Source of the DNA: an uncultured delta proteobacterium
Lineage (GTDB): Bacteria; Desulfobacterota; Binatia; Bin18
Direction: 5' to 3'
Assembly: GCA_963733195.1 (NCBI GenBank)
Contig: CAVTCR010000063.1
Coordinates: 22,589 to 86,588 of the forward strand
DNA: 64,000 bases
Both the position numbers and the translations under genes were made by a program. The notes under the pieces were generated by a model that ran no database searches, was not told the DNA's origin, and saw only the letters and a list, made by a program, of their open reading frames with translations. Positions 60,570-64,000 of the stretch are shown piece by piece (position 1 is the first letter of the stretch; the number at the start of each line of letters is the position of its first letter).

Positions 60570-61812
60570 TGAGGAGAAAATTCGCTCGACCCTACGAGGC
60601 GTATTAAGTGACGAAGGGTATCGAGTGCTCGATACCGACGGTACTCCTAATGTGTTGGCTATGGTAGCAGTACAGCGACCACGGCTCGTACTCCTTGATA
60701 TTTGGATGCCACAGGTTGATGGGATTGAATTACTCGAACGCTTGAAGGCGCAAGAGCCCGAACTCCCAGTGATTGTGATGTCGGGGCATGGCACGATTGA
60801 GACCGCCGTGCGTGCGACGAAGCTTGGCGCTGCTGATTTCATTGAGAAACCTTTCTCCTTGGAGACGCTCTTGCGTTCCGTACATCGCGCGACTGGACGC
60901 TCGACTGCTGAGAACCTTACAGAAAATGGTGCGACAACCGTACTCGAAGAAGCCCACACGATCTCGTACCGACAGCGACAGAGACGTGCGCGAACGATCA
61001 AGCAGAGTGTCGTCATTCACGGGCATGGACTTCACTCCGGTGTGCGTACCGGGGTCATTCTCCATCCCTTGCCGCCAGGGAGCGGAATTGCGTTCAGTGC
61101 GATCTCCGCACCGGATGTGATGATCCCAGCGACGGTAGAGTATGTTGACTCAACGGGATATGCCACTAGTCTTTGTCGCGATGGGGTAACAGCCCAGACG
61201 ATCGAACATCTGATGTCGGCCCTCCATTCCTACGGCCTCACCAACGTGTTGGTAAAAATGCAGGGGGAAATCCCAATTCTTGACGGGTCGGCTCTGGAGT
61301 TCTGCCAACTGCTTGAAGGTGCCGGAGTTGTCGAGCAAGCGGAGAAGATTGAACCCGTGGGTATTGATAAGACGTACCGTGTAGGTGACCCACAGTCAGG
61401 AAAATTTTTGCAGATCGAACCTGCCAAATATTTTGCGGTGCACTATACGCTGAAATATCCAGAGCCTGTTGGATGTCAGGAGTACTCTTATGTTCACCGT
61501 GATATGCAGAGTTACCGCGAGGAGATCGCTCCCGCGCGGACCTTTGGCTTTGTGAAAGACGTCCAGATGCTTGAGCAAATGGGACTCGCCAATGGGGGAC
61601 GGCTGAACAATTGCGTCCTCATTGGTGAACAGGGAGTGATTAACCCACCGTTACGTTTCCCTGATGAGCTCGTCCGCCATAAGATTCTGGACTTGATGGG
61701 AGATCTCTATCTGCTCGGTCGTCCGATCCATGGCAAGGTCACAGCCAGTTGCACAGGACATACAGACAACATTGCTCTGGTCCGTGCAATTCGAGAAGGG
61801 ATGAAGCTCTGA
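60541..61812 (+). CDS. lpxC: Receiver domain fused to UDP-3-O-acyl-GlcNAc deacetylase (REC-LpxC)
   Basis: NtrC/NtrX-type REC (ILVVDDEEKIR, LVLLDIWMPQVDG, VIVMSGHG, FIEKPF) is continuous with LpxC (TIKQSVVIHGHGLHSG, TIEHLMSAL, ARTFGF, HKILDLMGDL, CTGHTDN). There is no stop or frame change between the two domains. Confidence 0.85.
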   Translation: MEETILVVDDEEKIRSTLRGVLSDEGYRVLDTDGTPNVLAMVAVQRPRLVLLDIWMPQVDGIELLERLKAQEPELPVIVMSGHGTIETAVRATKLGAADFIEKPFSLETLLRSVHRATGRSTAENLTENGATTVLEEAHTISYRQRQRRARTIKQSVVIHGHGLHSGVRTGVILHPLPPGSGIAFSAISAPDVMIPATVEYVDSTGYATSLCRDGVTAQTIEHLMSALHSYGLTNVLVKMQGEIPILDGSALEFCQLLEGAGVVEQAEKIEPVGIDKTYRVGDPQSGKFLQIEPAKYFAVHYTLKYPEPVGCQEYSYVHRDMQSYREEIAPARTFGFVKDVQMLEQMGLANGGRLNNCVLIGEQGVINPPLRFPDELVRHKILDLMGDLYLLGRPIHGKVTASCTGHTDNIALVRAIREGMKL

Positions 61813-61882
61813 GTGCTTATCCGAATAACCAGTGAAAGGAGTTAGGTCTTGTAATTATGCACTTCAGTCAAAAGCGGTGCTT

Positions 61883-62497
61883 CTAATCGGTGACTTCTAA
61901 ACGTGACCCCATGAGTTCTTCCAGCAGGCTCTTAGCCTCTTGCAAATCTTTCGTATCAAACCCTTCGGTGAACCAGTTATAGATCTCAGATAACGTGGTG
62001 CGTGCTGCGTGGTGCTTGCCTTGTCGCTGCCACAGGCGGGCAAGGCTCACTGTCGCGCGCAACTCTAGCGACTTCGCTTGTTGTTGCGAGCAATCTCAAT
62101 GGCTTTGTGAAAACATGCTTCGGCTTCGGCTGCTGGGAGTTGGGAGTTGGGATTTAGGATTTGGAATTTTTGACTTTTGCGCTTTGCCTTTTGTCTTTTG
62201 ACTTTCCTGCTGAAGCGTCAGCTCGCCTTTCAGCCGATACAGCTCAGCCTCCCAGAAATGCTCCCCAGTTCTATCCACTGTAGCCAACGCCTCGGCCAGT
62301 GCAGTCAACCCTTCCTCTATCTGTCCGATTTCTCCGTACGTCTCTGCCAGGAGCGCGAGGAAGTATGACTGAAATAGCTCTGCTCCCATAGCTCGGCAGA
62401 GGGCAAGACCTTGGTGTATGCGTGCCAGCCCTTCTTTTTCCTTTCCTTGTCTGGCTAATGCCCAACCTCGTAGGACAGTCGCCCACGCCCGGCTCAT
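61883..62497 (-). pseudogene. 5'-truncated, frameshifted paralog of the TPR tail of the cyclase/AAA/TPR gene
   Basis: SRAWATVLRGWALARQGKEKEGLARIHQGL...EAELYRLKGELTLQQ, then [14 protein letters not shown], then [58 protein letters not shown], in three frames. Confidence 0.7.
62118..62208. repeat. 13-unit heptamer array (GCTGGGA GTTGGGA GTTGGGA TTTAGGA TTTGGAA TTTTTGA CTTTTGC GCTTTGC CTTTTGT CTTTTGA ...)
   Basis: Read from the sequence. It occupies the same position in the paralog as array 31102..31192 but has different unit sequences. Confidence 0.85.
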
Positions 62498-62715
62498 GGC
62501 AGCGAGCGGCCTAATACCTTGAGCGCTTCGCCCCGTAACAGCGCGATCGTTTCACTTAACTCCACTAGCGCCTCTAACTCTTCCCGCTCGGCGGCACTGA
62601 GTTCTCCTTCGGTGTTGCGGTCCATCAGATCTTGGAGCTTGGCATTGAGCTTGGGCGAGAAGCGGAACTCTGCGACTGAGGTCACCAGTTCCACCGGCGT
62701 GGCGATTGTCTCCAT
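62494..62715 (-). CDS. Hypothetical 73-aa acidic helical protein
   Basis: METIATPVELV...GELSAAEREELEALVELSETIALLRGEALKVLG. Its stop overlaps the first codon of the truncated TPR fragment. No family assigned. Confidence 0.45.
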   Translation of the reverse strand: METIATPVELVTSVAEFRFSPKLNAKLQDLMDRNTEGELSAAEREELEALVELSETIALLRGEALKVLGRSLP

Positions 62716-62783
62716 ACGGTCTCCTCTGGATCAGGCTATTCCGAGCTTAGCTGGCTTTGGTTGAGAAGGCACCATCGAGGTCC

Positions 62784-64000
62784 TTACGGTGTCACCCGCT
62801 CTAACATGCGCGGAAACGGAATTGCCTCGCGAACGTGGTGGAGCCCACACAGCCACGAAACCATACGTTCGATGCCCATGCCAAAGCCAGCGTGCGGGAC
62901 TGAGCCATATTTCCGTAGGTCGAGATACCACGAGAACGCTTCCTCTGGTAACCCATGCGCATGGATCTTTTGTTGCAGAACAGCAAGATCATCTTCACGC
63001 TGACCGCCGCCAATGATCTCGCCGTAGCCTTCTGGTCCAAGAATATCCATGCACAAGGCGACTTTTGGATTTTCTGGGTCAGCTTTCATATAGAAAGCTT
63101 TGTTCTCGGTCGGGTAACGATGAATGATGACTGGTCGATCGAACGATTCGGAAATGACCGTCTCATCGTCGCCACCAAAATCGGCTCCCCATTGAATATC
63201 AATGCCCTTTTTCTGGAGTAGTTCAATCGCTTCGCCGTAGCTGATACGTGGGAAGGGCTTTTTGACGCGCTCTAATTTTGCCACGTCGCGCTCTAGGGCC
63301 GCGAGTTCTTGGCGGCGGTTGGTCAGTACGCGTTGCACAACATACTCAATGAAGTCCTCAGCAAGATTCATGTCGCCGTTAAGGTCACAGTAAGCGACTT
63401 CAGGCTCAATCATCCAGAATTCAGTCAGGTGACGGCGGGTTTTGGATTTCTCGGCACGGAACGTGGGGCCGAAGCAGTAGACTTTGCCGAACGCCATCGC
63501 CCCAGCTTCCATATACAGCTGACCACTTTGTGTGAGGTAGACGGTATCACCAAAATAGTCGACCGGAAACAACGTGGTCGTGCCTTCGCACGCTGCCGGA
63601 GTGAAGATCGGTGCATCAAGGAGCGTGAAGCCATTGTTATCAAAATAATCGCGGCAGGCTTTGATGATTTCACTGCGTATGCGCAAGAGTGCATGCTGGC
63701 GAGAGGAGCGTAGCCACAGATGTCGGTGGTCGAGCAGAAAGGCAACGCCGTGCTCTTTCGGAGTAATGGGATAATCGTGCGCCTCTTGTAAGATTTGCAA
63801 ATCTTTCACTGATAGCTCGAACCCAAGCGGCGAACGGGTATCGGCGCGCACGATGCCGGTGACGGTGAACGAGGATTCTTGCGCGAGGTGGTCAGCAAGT
63901 TGGAACGTTTCTGGGCTGACATCTCCCTTAAAGACGACACACTGGATAGTACCGGTGCCGTCGCGGAGTTGGAGGAAATGCAGTTTGCCACTCGCTCGCT
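62784..64000 (-). CDS. asnS: Asparagine--tRNA ligase; 5' end beyond the window
   Basis: Class II motifs [21 protein letters not shown] and [13 protein letters not shown]. My translation shows the frame stays open upstream of the track start to position 64000 (…[24 protein letters not shown]…). Confidence 0.9.
   Translation of the reverse strand, partial: RASGKLHFLQLRDGTGTIQCVVFKGDVSPETFQLADHLAQESSFTVTGIVRADTRSPLGFELSVKDLQILQEAHDYPITPKEHGVAFLLDHRHLWLRSSRQHALLRIRSEIIKACRDYFDNNGFTLLDAPIFTPAACEGTTTLFPVDYFGDTVYLTQSGQLYMEAGAMAFGKVYCFGPTFRAEKSKTRRHLTEFWMIEPEVAYCDLNGDMNLAEDFIEYVVQRVLTNRRQELAALERDVAKLERVKKPFPRISYGEAIELLQKKGIDIQWGADFGGDDETVISESFDRPVIIHRYPTENKAFYMKADPENPKVALCMDILGPEGYGEIIGGGQREDDLAVLQQKIHAHGLPEEAFSWYLDLRKYGSVPHAGFGMGIERMVSWLCGLHHVREAIPFPRMLERVTP

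Overview
64-kb chromosomal segment from a Gram-negative bacterium (lipid A, Lol, Tat, TonB-like and OmpA-type genes); I cannot name the taxon. GC is mid-range with a few clearly GC-richer patches. Housekeeping genes are intact: tRNA-Ala(CGC), tatA, plsC, RNase J, ftsK, lolA, malic enzyme, yebC-ruvCAB, an NtrY-like kinase, asnS and a five-gene HlyD/ABC-2 exporter. Between them lie accessory blocks. These are a ~10.5-kb type I R-M island abutting the 3' end of the tRNA (M48 peptidase, hsdR, AlbA_2 ATPase, four-helix-bundle gene, hsdS, hsdM), a ~3.7-kb adenylate-cyclase/AAA/TPR gene, an RHH-PIN TA pair, a small catabolic cluster, a fatty-acid-hydroxylase/HTTM-DCC membrane cluster, and two tandem OmpA-type lipoprotein genes. 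Main observations: (1) about 15 accessory genes carry 1-nt indels or stops (33 or more disruptions in ~20 kb), while ~35 kb of other ORFs have none. (2) A dispersed family of degenerate heptanucleotide tandem arrays occurs at 17 or more loci, often as inverted pairs; one pair brackets the only intact gene inside the R-M operon, and several arrays sit inside coding regions. (3) Several MITE-like palindromic elements are present, one inserted in frame in a DUF429 gene and one splitting the cyclase domain. (4) A receiver-domain-LpxC fusion lies directly downstream of the histidine kinase. I recognised no rRNA, CRISPR array, intact transposase or integrase. All homology calls come from reading the translations and recalling family motifs; no searches were run.
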